This document shows, one piece after another, positions 8,033 to 17,820 of a stretch of 64,000 nucleotides of DNA (positions are counted from its first letter, which is position 1; the number at the start of each line of letters is the position of its first letter). Position numbers and translations under genes: made by a program. The stretch comes from an uncultured Candidatus Rokubacteria bacterium (GTDB lineage Bacteria > Methylomirabilota > Methylomirabilia > Rokubacteriales > DASRDR01). Below the pieces are notes generated by a model that made no database searches, had not been told where the DNA came from, and saw only the letters and a program-made list of their open reading frames with translations. Location of the stretch: contig CAWGVS010000012.1 in NCBI GenBank assembly GCA_963826115.1, positions 736,001 through 800,000 on the forward strand, in the 5' to 3' direction.

Positions 8033-9505
8033 ATGTCGTCACGCCCCCGCCCCGACCGGGCGCGGCTGCGCGCGGCGTTCCAGGCGATCGTCGGCCCGGA
8101 CGGCGTGCTGACGGAGCCGGACGAGCTGCTCGTCTACGAGTCGGACGGGCTCACCATCTTCCGCGCCACCGCCGACGCGGTGGTCTTCCCGCGGTCCACC
8201 GCCGAGGTCGCCGCCTGCGTCCGGCTGGCCAACGCGGAAGGCCTCCCGTTCGTCGCGCGCGGCGCCGGGACCGGCCTCGCCGGCGGGTGCCTGCCGGCGG
8301 AGGGCGGCGTCGTCATCGCCGTCACTCGCATGGCGCGGATTCTCGAGGTCGACTACGAGAACCAGCTCGCCGTCGTCGAGCCGGGGCTGGTGAACCTCCA
8401 CCTCTCCCAGGCGCTCGCGCCGCGCGGGTTCTACTACGCCCCCGACCCCTCGAGCCAGCTCGCCTGCACGATCGGCGGCAACGTCGCGAACAACTCCGGC
8501 GGCCCGCACACGCTGAAGTACGGGGTCACGACGAACCACGTGCTCGGCGTCGAGGTGGTCCTGCCCGACGGTGAGGTCGTGTGGCTCGGGGGCAAGGTGC
8601 GCGACCCCCAGGGCTACGACCTGGTCGGCCTCTTCGTGGGCTCGGAGGGGACCTTCGGCATCGTCACCAAGGTCGTGGTGCGGATCGTGCGCCGGCCGCC
8701 CGCCGTCCGCACGCTCCTCGCGGTGTTCGACCAGCTCGACCAGGCGTCGCAGACCGTAGCGGCCATCACGGCGCGCGGGCTCACGCCCGCCGCGATCGAG
8801 ATGATCGACCAGCTCACCATCCAGGCCGTCGAGGACGCGTTCGGCGCCGGGTACCCGCGCGACGCGGCGGCGGCACTGCTCATCGAGCTCGACGGGCTCG
8901 AGGTCGGGCTCGACGAGGAGGCCGAGCAGGTGGTCGCGGCCTGCCGCGAGACCGGCGCCCGCGAGATCCGGCGCGCCGCGAACGAGGCGGAGCGGCAGCT
9001 CCTGTGGAAGGGGCGGAAGCACGCGTTCGGCGCCTACGGGCGCGTGGCCCCCGCGTACATGGTGATGGACGGCGTGATCCCGCGGACGCGCCTCCCCGAG
9101 ATCCTGCGCCGCATCGAGCGGATCGTGACGACCCACGATCTCCGGGTCGGCAACGTCTTCCACGCCGGCGACGGGAACCTCCACCCGAACATCCTCTACG
9201 ATCCCCGGCGGCCGGGCGAGGAGGCGCGCGTCCTGACCGCAGGCGCCGAGATCATGCGCGCCTGCGTGGACGTGGGCGGCACGATCTCGGGCGAGCACGG
9301 CATCGGGCTCGAGAAGCGCGACTTCATGCCGTGGATCTTCTCCGAGGCCGACCTCGCCACGATGGCCGCGGTGAAGGGGGTGTTCAATCCCACGGGCCGG
9401 TGCAACCCCGGCAAGATCTTTCCGACCAAGAAGTCGTGCGCGCCGGGCGAGATCGCCTACCAGCCGCATCCGCTCGAGGCCAGCGGGCTGATCCAGCGCC
9501 TCTGA
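8033..9505 (+). CDS. glcD: Glycolate oxidase subunit GlcD
   Basis: RGAGTGLAGG, PDPSSQLACTIGGN, HAGDGNLHP, GEHGIG. Confidence 0.92.
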   Translation: MSSRPRPDRARLRAAFQAIVGPDGVLTEPDELLVYESDGLTIFRATADAVVFPRSTAEVAACVRLANAEGLPFVARGAGTGLAGGCLPAEGGVVIAVTRMARILEVDYENQLAVVEPGLVNLHLSQALAPRGFYYAPDPSSQLACTIGGNVANNSGGPHTLKYGVTTNHVLGVEVVLPDGEVVWLGGKVRDPQGYDLVGLFVGSEGTFGIVTKVVVRIVRRPPAVRTLLAVFDQLDQASQTVAAITARGLTPAAIEMIDQLTIQAVEDAFGAGYPRDAAAALLIELDGLEVGLDEEAEQVVAACRETGAREIRRAANEAERQLLWKGRKHAFGAYGRVAPAYMVMDGVIPRTRLPEILRRIERIVTTHDLRVGNVFHAGDGNLHPNILYDPRRPGEEARVLTAGAEIMRACVDVGGTISGEHGIGLEKRDFMPWIFSEADLATMAAVKGVFNPTGRCNPGKIFPTKKSCAPGEIAYQPHPLEASGLIQRL

Positions 9506-9529
9506 GGCGCGCGCGGCGCGCCGCCCGGC

Positions 9530-10873
9530 ATGACCACCGCCCTGCTCCAGACCCTCGCCGAGATCGTCGGGCCGGCGCACTGTCTCGCCGGCGCCGACCG
9601 GGCCCCCTACGTCGTGGACGGGCGGACGCCCTGTGGCGTCGTCCTCCCGGGCTCGGCCGACGAGGTGGCGCGCGCCGTGCGGGCCGCCGGGGCCGCCGGG
9701 GTGCCGGTGCTCCCGTGGGGCGGCGGGACCCAGATGTCGCGGGGCGCCCCGCCGCAGGACGGGGCGCTCGTCGTCAGTCTCCGGCGGATGAGCCGCGTCG
9801 TCGAGCACGAGCCGGGCGACCTCACGGCGACGGCGGAGGCCGGGATCACGTTCGATGCGCTCGAGCGCGCGCTCGGCGCGCGCGGCCAGTGGCTGCCGCT
9901 CGATCCGCCCGCGCCGGCGGAGGCGACGCTCGGCGGCGCGCTCGCCGCCAACAGCGCGGGCCCGCGCCGGCAGGGGTACGGCACCGCGCGTGACCTCGTG
10001 ATCGGCATCCGCGTGGTGGCGGCCGACGGCCAGGTCGTGCGCGCCGGCGGGAAGGTCGTGAAGAACGTGGCCGGGTACGACCTCGCGAAGCTCTACATCG
10101 GCTCCCACGGGACGCTCGGGATCATCGTGGACGCGACCGTGAAGCTCCGGCCCCGGCCGGAGACGGAGGGCGCCTGCTGGGCCGTGTTCCCGTCGCTCGA
10201 CCTCGCGGCGGCTGGCGCGACGCTCCTCGCCGGCTCCGAGCTCGGCCCGGTGGCGCTCGCGCTCTTGGACGCGGGGGCCGCGCGCGCCGCCGCGCCGGCC
10301 ATCGGCCTCGCGGCGGGCGGTGGGCCCGCCGTCCTGGCCGCGTACGATGGGCTCGGGCGCACGGTCGCGTGGCAGGCGGAGGAGACGACCCGGCGGCTCC
10401 GCGCCGCCGGCGCCCGGGCGGTCGAGGTCCTCGACGCTCCCGCCACCACGCGCGCGCTCGAGGTGGTGCGTGAGGCGCGCCATCTCCTCGCGAATCCGAT
10501 GGCGGTCGCGACGGCGGGCCTCCTGCCGGCGGACCTCGGCGCGTACATCGACGGCGCGCTGGCGACGGCGCGCGCCGCGGGGTTCGAGGCCGCCGCCGTC
10601 GCGCAGGCCGGCCACGGGCTGGTCACGCTCCTCCTCGCCCCGGCCGGCGCGGCGCGGCCGGGCGCGGTGGCGGCGGGCGTGCTCGCGGCGTGGCGGGACG
10701 CGGCGCGCGCCCGAGCCGGGCACCTCACGATCGAGTGGGCGCCGCTCGGCGTGCGCGAGGCGTGCCCGGTGTGGGACCCGCCCGGGCCGAGCGTCGCGCT
10801 CATGCGCGGGCTGAAGGCGAAGCTCGATCCCGCGGGCGTGCTGAACCCCGGGCGCTTCGTGGCGGGCATCTGA
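9530..10873 (+). CDS. glcE: Glycolate oxidase FAD subunit GlcE
   Basis: GGKVVKNVAGYDL, LKAKLDPAGVLNPGR; lies between glcD and glcF. Confidence 0.9.
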   Translation: MTTALLQTLAEIVGPAHCLAGADRAPYVVDGRTPCGVVLPGSADEVARAVRAAGAAGVPVLPWGGGTQMSRGAPPQDGALVVSLRRMSRVVEHEPGDLTATAEAGITFDALERALGARGQWLPLDPPAPAEATLGGALAANSAGPRRQGYGTARDLVIGIRVVAADGQVVRAGGKVVKNVAGYDLAKLYIGSHGTLGIIVDATVKLRPRPETEGACWAVFPSLDLAAAGATLLAGSELGPVALALLDAGAARAAAPAIGLAAGGGPAVLAAYDGLGRTVAWQAEETTRRLRAAGARAVEVLDAPATTRALEVVREARHLLANPMAVATAGLLPADLGAYIDGALATARAAGFEAAAVAQAGHGLVTLLLAPAGAARPGAVAAGVLAAWRDAARARAGHLTIEWAPLGVREACPVWDPPGPSVALMRGLKAKLDPAGVLNPGRFVAGI

Positions 10874-12213
10874 TGGCCGGGGGCGCGACCGTCACGCCGG
10901 CGCCCGGCGGCGCGCCGCCGGGAGTCCTCGCGGAGCTCGAGTACGGCCAGCTCCTCCAGTGCGTCCACTGCGGGCTGTGCCTCCCGAGCTGTCCGACGTA
11001 CGCGGAGCTCGGCCAGGAGCCCGACTCGCCGCGCGGCCGCATCTACCTCATCAAGGCGCTGGCCGACGGCCGGATCGGGCTCTCCGACGCCGCGGCCGCC
11101 CACCTGTCGCTCTGTCTCGGCTGCCGCGCCTGCGAGACCGCGTGCCCCTCGGGCGTTCAGTACGGCCACCTGATCGAGGCCGGGCGCGCCGAGCTCGAGA
11201 CACGACGCCCGGGCTCTCCCCTGCGTCGCCTCGTTCGCCGCGTTGCGTTCGGGACCCTCCTGCCCCGTCCCGCGCTCCTGCGCCTGGTCGCGGGCGCGCT
11301 CCGCGTCTACCAGCGGAGCGGGCTCCAGCGCCTGGTGCGAGCGAGCGGGGTCCTGCGCCTGTTCCCGGCGACGGTCGGAGCCTCGGAGGCTCTGCTCCCG
11401 CCGCTCCCGCCGGCCGGGGCGGGCGGTGCGCTTCCCGAGGTGACGACGGCCCGCGGCGCGCGGAAGGGATGCGTCGCGCTCCTCCACGGCTGCGTGCAGG
11501 ACGCGGTGTTCCGCCCGCACAACGAGGCGACGATCCGGTGCCTCACGCGCCAGGGCCTGGAGGTCCGGGTGCCGCGCGCCCAGGGCTGCTGCGGCGCGCT
11601 CCACGCCCACGCGGGCGAACCCGAGATGGCGCGCGCGCTCGCCCGCGCGACGATCGCCGCCTTCGAGGCGTCGGAGCTCGAGGCCGTCGTCGTCAACGCG
11701 GCCGGGTGCGGGGCGCACATGAAGGCGTACGGGCACCTCCTCCGCCACGACCCCGCGTGGACCGCGCGGGCGGCGGCCTTCGCGAAGAAGGTCGCCGACG
11801 TCACGGAGGTGCTCGCGCGGGTCCCGCTCGCGACGCCGCTCGGGCCGCTACCGCTCCGGGCGACGTACCACGACCCGTGCCACCTGGTCCACGGGCAGAA
11901 GGTCCGGAACGAGCCCCGCGCGCTTCTCCGCGCGGTGCCCGGGCTCGAGCTGGCCGAGCTCGGCGAGGCCGAGATGTGCTGCGGCTCGGCCGGGATCTAC
12001 AACCTCACCGAGCCCCAGATGGCGCAGCGGCTCCTCGACCGCAAGATGGCGCACGTCGAGGCGACGGGCGCCGAGACCGTGGTGACGGCGAACCCGGGGT
12101 GCATCCTCCAGCTCGCGGCGGGCCTCCGCGCCCGGGGCCGGAACGTGGAGGTGCTCCACGTCGTGGAGGTGCTGGACCGCGCGTACCAGGCCGCGGAGCG
12201 CCGGGCGCCGTGA
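10873..12213 (+). CDS. glcF: Glycolate oxidase Fe-S subunit GlcF
   Basis: CVHCGLCLPSCP, CLGCRACETACP, two CCG domains. Confidence 0.92.
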   Translation: MAGGATVTPAPGGAPPGVLAELEYGQLLQCVHCGLCLPSCPTYAELGQEPDSPRGRIYLIKALADGRIGLSDAAAAHLSLCLGCRACETACPSGVQYGHLIEAGRAELETRRPGSPLRRLVRRVAFGTLLPRPALLRLVAGALRVYQRSGLQRLVRASGVLRLFPATVGASEALLPPLPPAGAGGALPEVTTARGARKGCVALLHGCVQDAVFRPHNEATIRCLTRQGLEVRVPRAQGCCGALHAHAGEPEMARALARATIAAFEASELEAVVVNAAGCGAHMKAYGHLLRHDPAWTARAAAFAKKVADVTEVLARVPLATPLGPLPLRATYHDPCHLVHGQKVRNEPRALLRAVPGLELAELGEAEMCCGSAGIYNLTEPQMAQRLLDRKMAHVEATGAETVVTANPGCILQLAAGLRARGRNVEVLHVVEVLDRAYQAAERRAP

Positions 12214-12740
12214 CGGACCCGGCCGCGCCGGGCCGCTCGCCCGTCGAGGAGCACAAGGCCCACGCGCCCGCGCGGGTGCGGTGCGTCGTGTGCACGGTCT
12301 CCGACTCGAAGACGCCGGAGACCGATACCAGCGGGCGGCTCATCCGCGAGCTCCTCGTGGCCGCCGGGCACGAGGTGGTCGGCCACCACCTGGTCAAGGA
12401 CGAGCCGAGTCAGGTCCACGCGGTGATCCATCAGGCGTGCGCCCATCCCTCCGTCCAGGTCCTCATCTTCACGGGCGGCACGGGCATCGCGCCGCGAGAC
12501 CAGACGTTCGAGGCGATCGACGCGCTCCTCGAGAAGCGGCTCCCGGGCTTCGGAGAGCTCTTCCGGTGGCTCTCCTACCAGGAGATCGGGTCGGCGGCGA
12601 TGCTGTCCCGGGCCCAGGCGGGCATCCGGGCCGGGCGCACGATCTTCTCCCTGCCCGGCTCGCCGGCGGCGTGCCGACTCGCCGTCGAACGCCTGATCCT
12701 CCCCGAGCTCTCGCACATCGCGGGGCTCCTCGGCCGCTGA
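12210..12740 (+). CDS. moaB: Molybdopterin adenylyltransferase MoaB/MogA
   Basis: TVSDSKTPETDTSG, TGGTGIAPRDQT, LPGFGELFR, LPGSP. Confidence 0.92.
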   Translation: MTDPAAPGRSPVEEHKAHAPARVRCVVCTVSDSKTPETDTSGRLIRELLVAAGHEVVGHHLVKDEPSQVHAVIHQACAHPSVQVLIFTGGTGIAPRDQTFEAIDALLEKRLPGFGELFRWLSYQEIGSAAMLSRAQAGIRAGRTIFSLPGSPAACRLAVERLILPELSHIAGLLGR

Positions 12741-12795
12741 TCTCGGATAGAGTGGGAGCGCACGGCCCGCGGGGCGGGGCGGCGAGGAGGACAAC

Positions 12796-13884
12796 ATGAG
12801 GGCAGCTCGGTGGGGAATCCTCGGCGTCGTCCTGACGGTCACGATGGCGGGGCCCGCCGGGGCGCAGCCGACGCCGCTCGGGTCGGACCCACTCTGGCGC
12901 GATGGGCCGGGCGTGACGCCGGAACCGGAGCTCCTCCGCCTCAACGCCGCGCTCACGCGGCTCGCCGACCAGCTGCGGCCAGCCCTGGTGCAGATCCGCG
13001 TCCAGCGGCCGATGGAGGAGCCGGAGTCCGAGGACGCCCCGCGGCGCGCGCTCGGATCGGGCTTCGTCATCCACCCGAGCGGGTACGTCGTCACGAACGC
13101 CCACGTCGTCGAGCGCTCGGCGACGGTGCAGGTGCGGCTCGCGTCGGGCAAGCGGCTCGCGGGCACGGTGATCGGGCGGGACCGCCGGGTCGATTTGGCG
13201 CTCGTCAAGGTGGAGGTCGTGGAGGCGCTGCCGGTCCTGCCCCTCGGCGATTCCGAGCGCCTCGCGGTGGGCGAGCTCGTCCTGGCCCTCGGGCACCCCT
13301 TCGGGCTCGAGCAGACCGTCTCGCTCGGCATCGTGAGCCGGAAGGGCGCGCCCCTCCAGGCCGCGGCGCCCGGCTTCGACTTCATCCAGACCGACGCGGC
13401 GGTGAATCCCGGGAACTCCGGCGGCCCGCTGGTCGACATGGGCGGGCGGGTCGTGGGCGTGAACACGATGGCCGCCCGCAACGGCTCCATCGGCTTCGCG
13501 ATTCCGATCAACCTCATCAAGACGCTCCTCCCCCAGCTCCTCGCCAAGGGCGCGGTGGAGTGGGGGTGGATCGGCGTCCGGATCGACGAGATCACCGAGG
13601 AGAACGTCCGCGACTACGGGCTCGACACGCCGCGCGGCGTCGGCATCGAGGGCGTGCTCCCGGGCCAGCCGGCGGCCCAGGCGGGCATCCGCGCGAAGGA
13701 CGTCATCCTCCAGGTCGACGGGCAGCCCATCGGGAGCCCGCGCGAGCTCCAGCGCGTCATCGCGACCGCGCCCGTGGGGACGCCCGTCCGCGTCTCGCTC
13801 TGGCGAGACGGTCAGGCGCAGGAGCTGACGGTGACGGTGGGTCGCTCTCCGGAGGAAGACGCGCCGCCGCGCGTGCCGCGCTGA
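12796..13884 (+). CDS. HtrA/DegP-family serine protease with PDZ domain
   Basis: Signal peptide, TNAHVV, DLALVK, TDAAVNPGNSGG, C-terminal PDZ. Confidence 0.95.
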   Translation: MRAARWGILGVVLTVTMAGPAGAQPTPLGSDPLWRDGPGVTPEPELLRLNAALTRLADQLRPALVQIRVQRPMEEPESEDAPRRALGSGFVIHPSGYVVTNAHVVERSATVQVRLASGKRLAGTVIGRDRRVDLALVKVEVVEALPVLPLGDSERLAVGELVLALGHPFGLEQTVSLGIVSRKGAPLQAAAPGFDFIQTDAAVNPGNSGGPLVDMGGRVVGVNTMAARNGSIGFAIPINLIKTLLPQLLAKGAVEWGWIGVRIDEITEENVRDYGLDTPRGVGIEGVLPGQPAAQAGIRAKDVILQVDGQPIGSPRELQRVIATAPVGTPVRVSLWRDGQAQELTVTVGRSPEEDAPPRVPR

Positions 13885-13900
13885 CGGGGGCGACCGGGCG

Positions 13901-15085
13901 TCAGCGCCCGGTCGGTTCCGGCGCGGCGCAGGCCTCGTCGCCCGCGGCGTGGATCGAGAGGTCGCGGATCGTGGGGGCCTCGCCGCAGAGCGGGCACTTC
14001 GGATCCTTCCGGAGCCGCACCTCGCGGAAGCGCATCCCCAGCGCGTCGTAGGTCAGGAGCCGCCCGATCAGGAGCTCCCCCTTGCCGAGGATGAGCTTCA
14101 CCGTCTCGGTCGCCTGCACCACCCCGATGAGTCCCGGGAGCACGCCCAGGACGCCGGCCTCGTTTCAGGACGGGACGAGGCCCGCGGGGGGCGGGACCGG
14201 GTACAGGCAGCGGTAGCAGGGCCCGCGCTCGGGGGCGAGGACGGTGACCATGCCCTCGAACTGGAAGATCGAGCCGTGGACGTTCGGCTTCCCGGCGAGG
14301 TAGCACGCGTCGTTGACGAGGTACCGCGTGGCAAAGTTGTCGGACCCGTCGACGATGACGTCGTAGTCCTTGATGATCCGCTCGATGTTGTCGACCGTGA
14401 TCCGCTCGGCGTACGGGACCACCGTCACGTCCGGGTTCAGCGCGGTGATCGTGTCGCGCGCGGATTCGACCTTCGGCCGCCCGACGTCCGACGTCCGGTG
14501 GAGCACCTGGCGCTGGAGGTTCGAGAGGTCCACCACGTCGTCGTCGACGACGCCGAGCGTGCCGACGCCGGCCGCCGCGAGGTAGAGCGCCGTCGGCGAG
14601 CCAAGGCCCCCCGCGCCGATCAGCAGCACCTTCGCGCGGAGCAGCGCCTTCTGCCCGGGCTCCCCCACCTGCGTCAGCATGAAGTGGCGGCTGTAGCGCT
14701 CCATCTGGTCCGCGGTGAGGGGCTGGTCCTTGACCAGGGGGAGCTTCAGATCCTTCCACCGCCGGATGCCCCCCGCCATCGAGGTCACGTTCGTGTACCC
14801 GAGGTCGTGGAGGACCTTGCCCGCGAGGAGGGAGCGGAGCCCGGAGAGGCAGTAGAGCGTGAGCGGCGTCTCCGGATCGGGGAACGCCTCCGGGACCTTG
14901 AACTCGAGGAACCCGCGGCTGATCGGCACGGCCCCCGCGACGGCGCCCTCCCGGTACTCGTCGGGGTCCCGCACGTCGATGAGGTTGACGGCCTCGCCGC
15001 GGGCGATGCGGCCCTGCACGTCCTCGACGGTGACCTCGGGGACGGCGCGCTTGGCGTCGGCGACCAGATCGCGATAGGTCTTCAT
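13901..15085 (-). CDS. moeB: Rhodanese-MoeB/ThiF fusion with in-frame UGA (putative selenocysteine, codon 307)
   Basis: Rhodanese LYCLSGLRS; GAGGLGSP, SNLQRQ, CYRC, C-terminal CPLC; GLVPS-[TGA 14165-14167]-NEAGVLGVLPG continues in frame to the stop at 13901. Confidence 0.85.
14131..14152 (-). promoter_or_regulatory. Putative bacterial SECIS hairpin
   Basis: GTCCTGGG-CGTGCT-CCCGGGAC: 8-bp stem, G-containing loop, starting 12 nt after the UGA. Confidence 0.6.
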
Positions 15086-15162
15086 GGCTCGGTGGCTCCT
15101 CGGGTGCCGGCGATGCCAGATGCAGGCTCCCTTGCGGCCCGCTCGGTCGTGGAGATTACCAC

Positions 15163-15189
15163 ATATCCCGATCGGGTCACGGGGGATAT
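15163..15189. promoter_or_regulatory. Palindromic operator upstream of moeB (Rrf2-type candidate)
   Basis: ATATCCC-N13-GGGATAT next to a minus-strand extended -10 TGGTAATCT. Confidence 0.45.
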
Positions 15190-15271
15190 TTCCTCCTTGA
15201 GCGCCCCGGATGGCCGGCGCTACACTGAAGGGCCGGGCTAGAGTGCAAAATTGGATAATGTTGGCTGCTAG

Positions 15272-16369
15272 ATGCGGATCGCGATCGACGCGCGCCTGTG
15301 GGCGGAGCCCCGGAGCGGAATCGGCCGGTACACCCGGGCGCTGACCGACCATCTCCTCCGACTGGCCCCGGAGGAGACGTGGGTGCTCTACGTCGACCGG
15401 CCCCCGGGGCCGACCGGCCCCGGGGTAGAAGTGCGATGTCTGCCCTGGCCCCAGCGTCTCCTCTGGTCGCTTTGGCACGCTCCCCGCGACCTCCGCCGGC
15501 ATCCCGTCGATGTCTTCCACGGCGTGACGGGGTTCGAGCTGCCGGGTCGCGGGCCGTGGGCACTCGTCACGACCGTCCACGACCTCGTGCCGTTCCGCTT
15601 CCCCCACCTGGTGCCCGCGCGGCACCGCTGGGCGGTGCGGGCCCTCCTCGGGCCGGCGCTCCGTCGGGCCCGGCGCGTCATCGCCGTCTCGGAGGCCACG
15701 CGCGCCGAGCTCCTGGCGCGCTACCGGCTGCCGCCGGCGCGGGTCGTCGTGGTGCCCGAGGCGGCGGCGACCCACTTCGCGCCGCCTGCCCCCGACGCGC
15801 TCGCGAGGGCACGCGCGCGCTACGGGCTCGCGCGCCCGTACGTCCTCTTCGTCGGCCTTCTCGAGCCGAAGAAGAACCTCGAGGCCCTGCTCGCGGCGGT
15901 CGCCCGGCTCCGCCGGGACGGCGCGTGGGGCGACACGGAGCTCGTCGTCGTGGGCGCGCCCGGGTGGGGGCCGGCGCCGGCGGCGCGGGCCCACGCGCTC
16001 GGGCTCGACGGCGCGGTGCGCTTCGTGGGGCCGGCCCCGGACGCGGATCTCCCGGCGCTCTACGGCGGCGCCCTCGCCTTCGCGTTCCCGTCGCTCTGGG
16101 AGGGCTTCGGGCTGCCGGTGCTCGAGGCGATGGCGGCCGGCGCGCCGGTCGTCGCCTCGAACCGGGGCGCCCTCCCGGAGGTCACGGGGGGCGCGGCGCT
16201 CCTCGTCGAGCCCGCGCCCGATCCGCTCGCGGAGGGGCTCGCCCGGATCCTCGCCGACGCGGACCTCCGGGCGCGCCTCCGCGAGGCGGGGCTCCGGCGC
16301 GCCGCGGCGTTCTCCTGGGAGCGCACGGCGCGCGAGACGCTGGCGGTGTACCGCGGGGCGGCGGCGTGA
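15272..16369 (+). CDS. GT4 glycosyltransferase
   Basis: SGIGRY, TVHDL, EPKKN, FPSLWEGFGLPVLEAMAAG. Confidence 0.95.
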   Translation: MRIAIDARLWAEPRSGIGRYTRALTDHLLRLAPEETWVLYVDRPPGPTGPGVEVRCLPWPQRLLWSLWHAPRDLRRHPVDVFHGVTGFELPGRGPWALVTTVHDLVPFRFPHLVPARHRWAVRALLGPALRRARRVIAVSEATRAELLARYRLPPARVVVVPEAAATHFAPPAPDALARARARYGLARPYVLFVGLLEPKKNLEALLAAVARLRRDGAWGDTELVVVGAPGWGPAPAARAHALGLDGAVRFVGPAPDADLPALYGGALAFAFPSLWEGFGLPVLEAMAAGAPVVASNRGALPEVTGGAALLVEPAPDPLAEGLARILADADLRARLREAGLRRAAAFSWERTARETLAVYRGAAA

Positions 16370-17820
16370 GCGTCGCGGGCGGGAGCGCGGAGCGGATCGC
16401 GCGCAACGCGGCCCTCAAGGTGCTGGTCCACGCGACGCGGCTCGGCTCGCTCGTCCTGGTCATCGTCACCGCGCGCGTGATCGGGCCCGCGGAGTTCGGC
16501 AAGTTCACGTTCGCGTACGCGCTGGCCACCATCCTCGGGGTGGCGATCGACTTCGGCATCACGGCCGTGCTCACCCGGTCGGTGGCCCGGGACCCCGGGG
16601 CGACCGCGGAGCGATGGGGCACGGCCGCGACGCTGAAGCTCGCGCTGACGGGAATCTTGGCGCCGCTCTACCTCGCGGCGCCGCTCGTCCTCCACCGGCC
16701 GTGGGACACGACCGCGGCGGTGTGGGGCCTCGGGCTGGCCATCGTGCTCCAGGGGCTCCTCGAGAACGCGGTCTCCGTCTTCACGGCCGTCCAGCGGATC
16801 GAGCACGAGCTCCGCGCGCGTCTGATCGAGAAGGTCGTGCTCGTGACGGCGGGGTTCGTCGCGCTCGGGCTGGGCGCGGGGCTCCTCGGCGTCGTGTTCG
16901 CGTTCGTCCTGGCGGCCGCGGTCTCGCTCGCGTTCGCCACGTGGCGCATCCACCGGCAGGTCGCGCCGCTCGGGCGCTGGTGGCGCCCCGCGGGCGCCCG
17001 CACGCTGGCGCGCGAGCTCGCCCCGATCGCCCAGGCGCAGTTCCTCGTCTACTGCACCGCGCGCCTGACGCCCGTGGCCGTGGCGCTCCTCGCCGGAGAC
17101 GACGCGGCCGGGCACTTCGGCGCGGCGTTCCGCGTCTACGACGTGGTCTGGGTGGTGCTCGCCAGCCTCGAGGGGGCCATCTACCCGGAGCTCGCCCGGA
17201 CACCGCCCGGGCACCCCCGCTTCCGCGCGCTCATGACGCAGGCGTGCGAGGCCCTCCTCCTCGTCGTGCTGCCGATCGCCCTCGGGCTTGCCGCGGGCGC
17301 GTGGTGGCTGACGCCGCGGATTTACGGGCCGGGGTGGGGGCCGACGGCGCCCGTGCTGGCGGTGCTGGGCACGGCGGTCGGCGCCGCGATGCTGACGCAT
17401 CTCCTCGGGCTCGTGCTCCTGGCGCTCGACCGGCCGCGCCGGCTGCGCGGGATCGCCGCGCTCACGTTCGTCACGGGCCTGGCGGTGATCCCCACGGGCG
17501 TCCTGATGGGCGGCGCGCTCGGCGGGGCCGTGGCGGTGCTCGTCGTGGAGGGCGTGAGCCTCGTGGCGAGCCTGGTGAGCGTCCGGCAGGTGGCCGGCGC
17601 GCCGCTCGGCCGGGGCGCCGTCAAGGGGCTCGCGGCCGCCGCGGCCGCCGCCGGCGTGGCGACGCTCCTGCCCGCGGGGGTGGGCCGACTCGTGGGCGCG
17701 CTCCTCGCGTACGCGGTGGCCCTCGTCGTGCTCCGGCCGGTGCCGGGCGCCGTCTGTCTCCGCCTCGTGCGCGGGGCGCTCGGCCGCGCGGGCCCGCCCG
17801 CGGCGACCGGGGCGGGCTGA
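16366..17820 (+). CDS. Wzx-type flippase
   Basis: Many TM helices; ARVIGPAEFGKF, DFGITAVLTRSVARD. Confidence 0.85.
   Translation: MSVAGGSAERIARNAALKVLVHATRLGSLVLVIVTARVIGPAEFGKFTFAYALATILGVAIDFGITAVLTRSVARDPGATAERWGTAATLKLALTGILAPLYLAAPLVLHRPWDTTAAVWGLGLAIVLQGLLENAVSVFTAVQRIEHELRARLIEKVVLVTAGFVALGLGAGLLGVVFAFVLAAAVSLAFATWRIHRQVAPLGRWWRPAGARTLARELAPIAQAQFLVYCTARLTPVAVALLAGDDAAGHFGAAFRVYDVVWVVLASLEGAIYPELARTPPGHPRFRALMTQACEALLLVVLPIALGLAAGAWWLTPRIYGPGWGPTAPVLAVLGTAVGAAMLTHLLGLVLLALDRPRRLRGIAALTFVTGLAVIPTGVLMGGALGGAVAVLVVEGVSLVASLVSVRQVAGAPLGRGAVKGLAAAAAAAGVATLLPAGVGRLVGALLAYAVALVVLRPVPGAVCLRLVRGALGRAGPPAATGAG

Noticed and set aside
13901-14167. moeB as a nonsense pseudogene or two genes
   Set aside because: The stop is a TGA at the conserved Cys codon, the frame continues with conserved motifs, and a hairpin follows; Sec recoding fits better.
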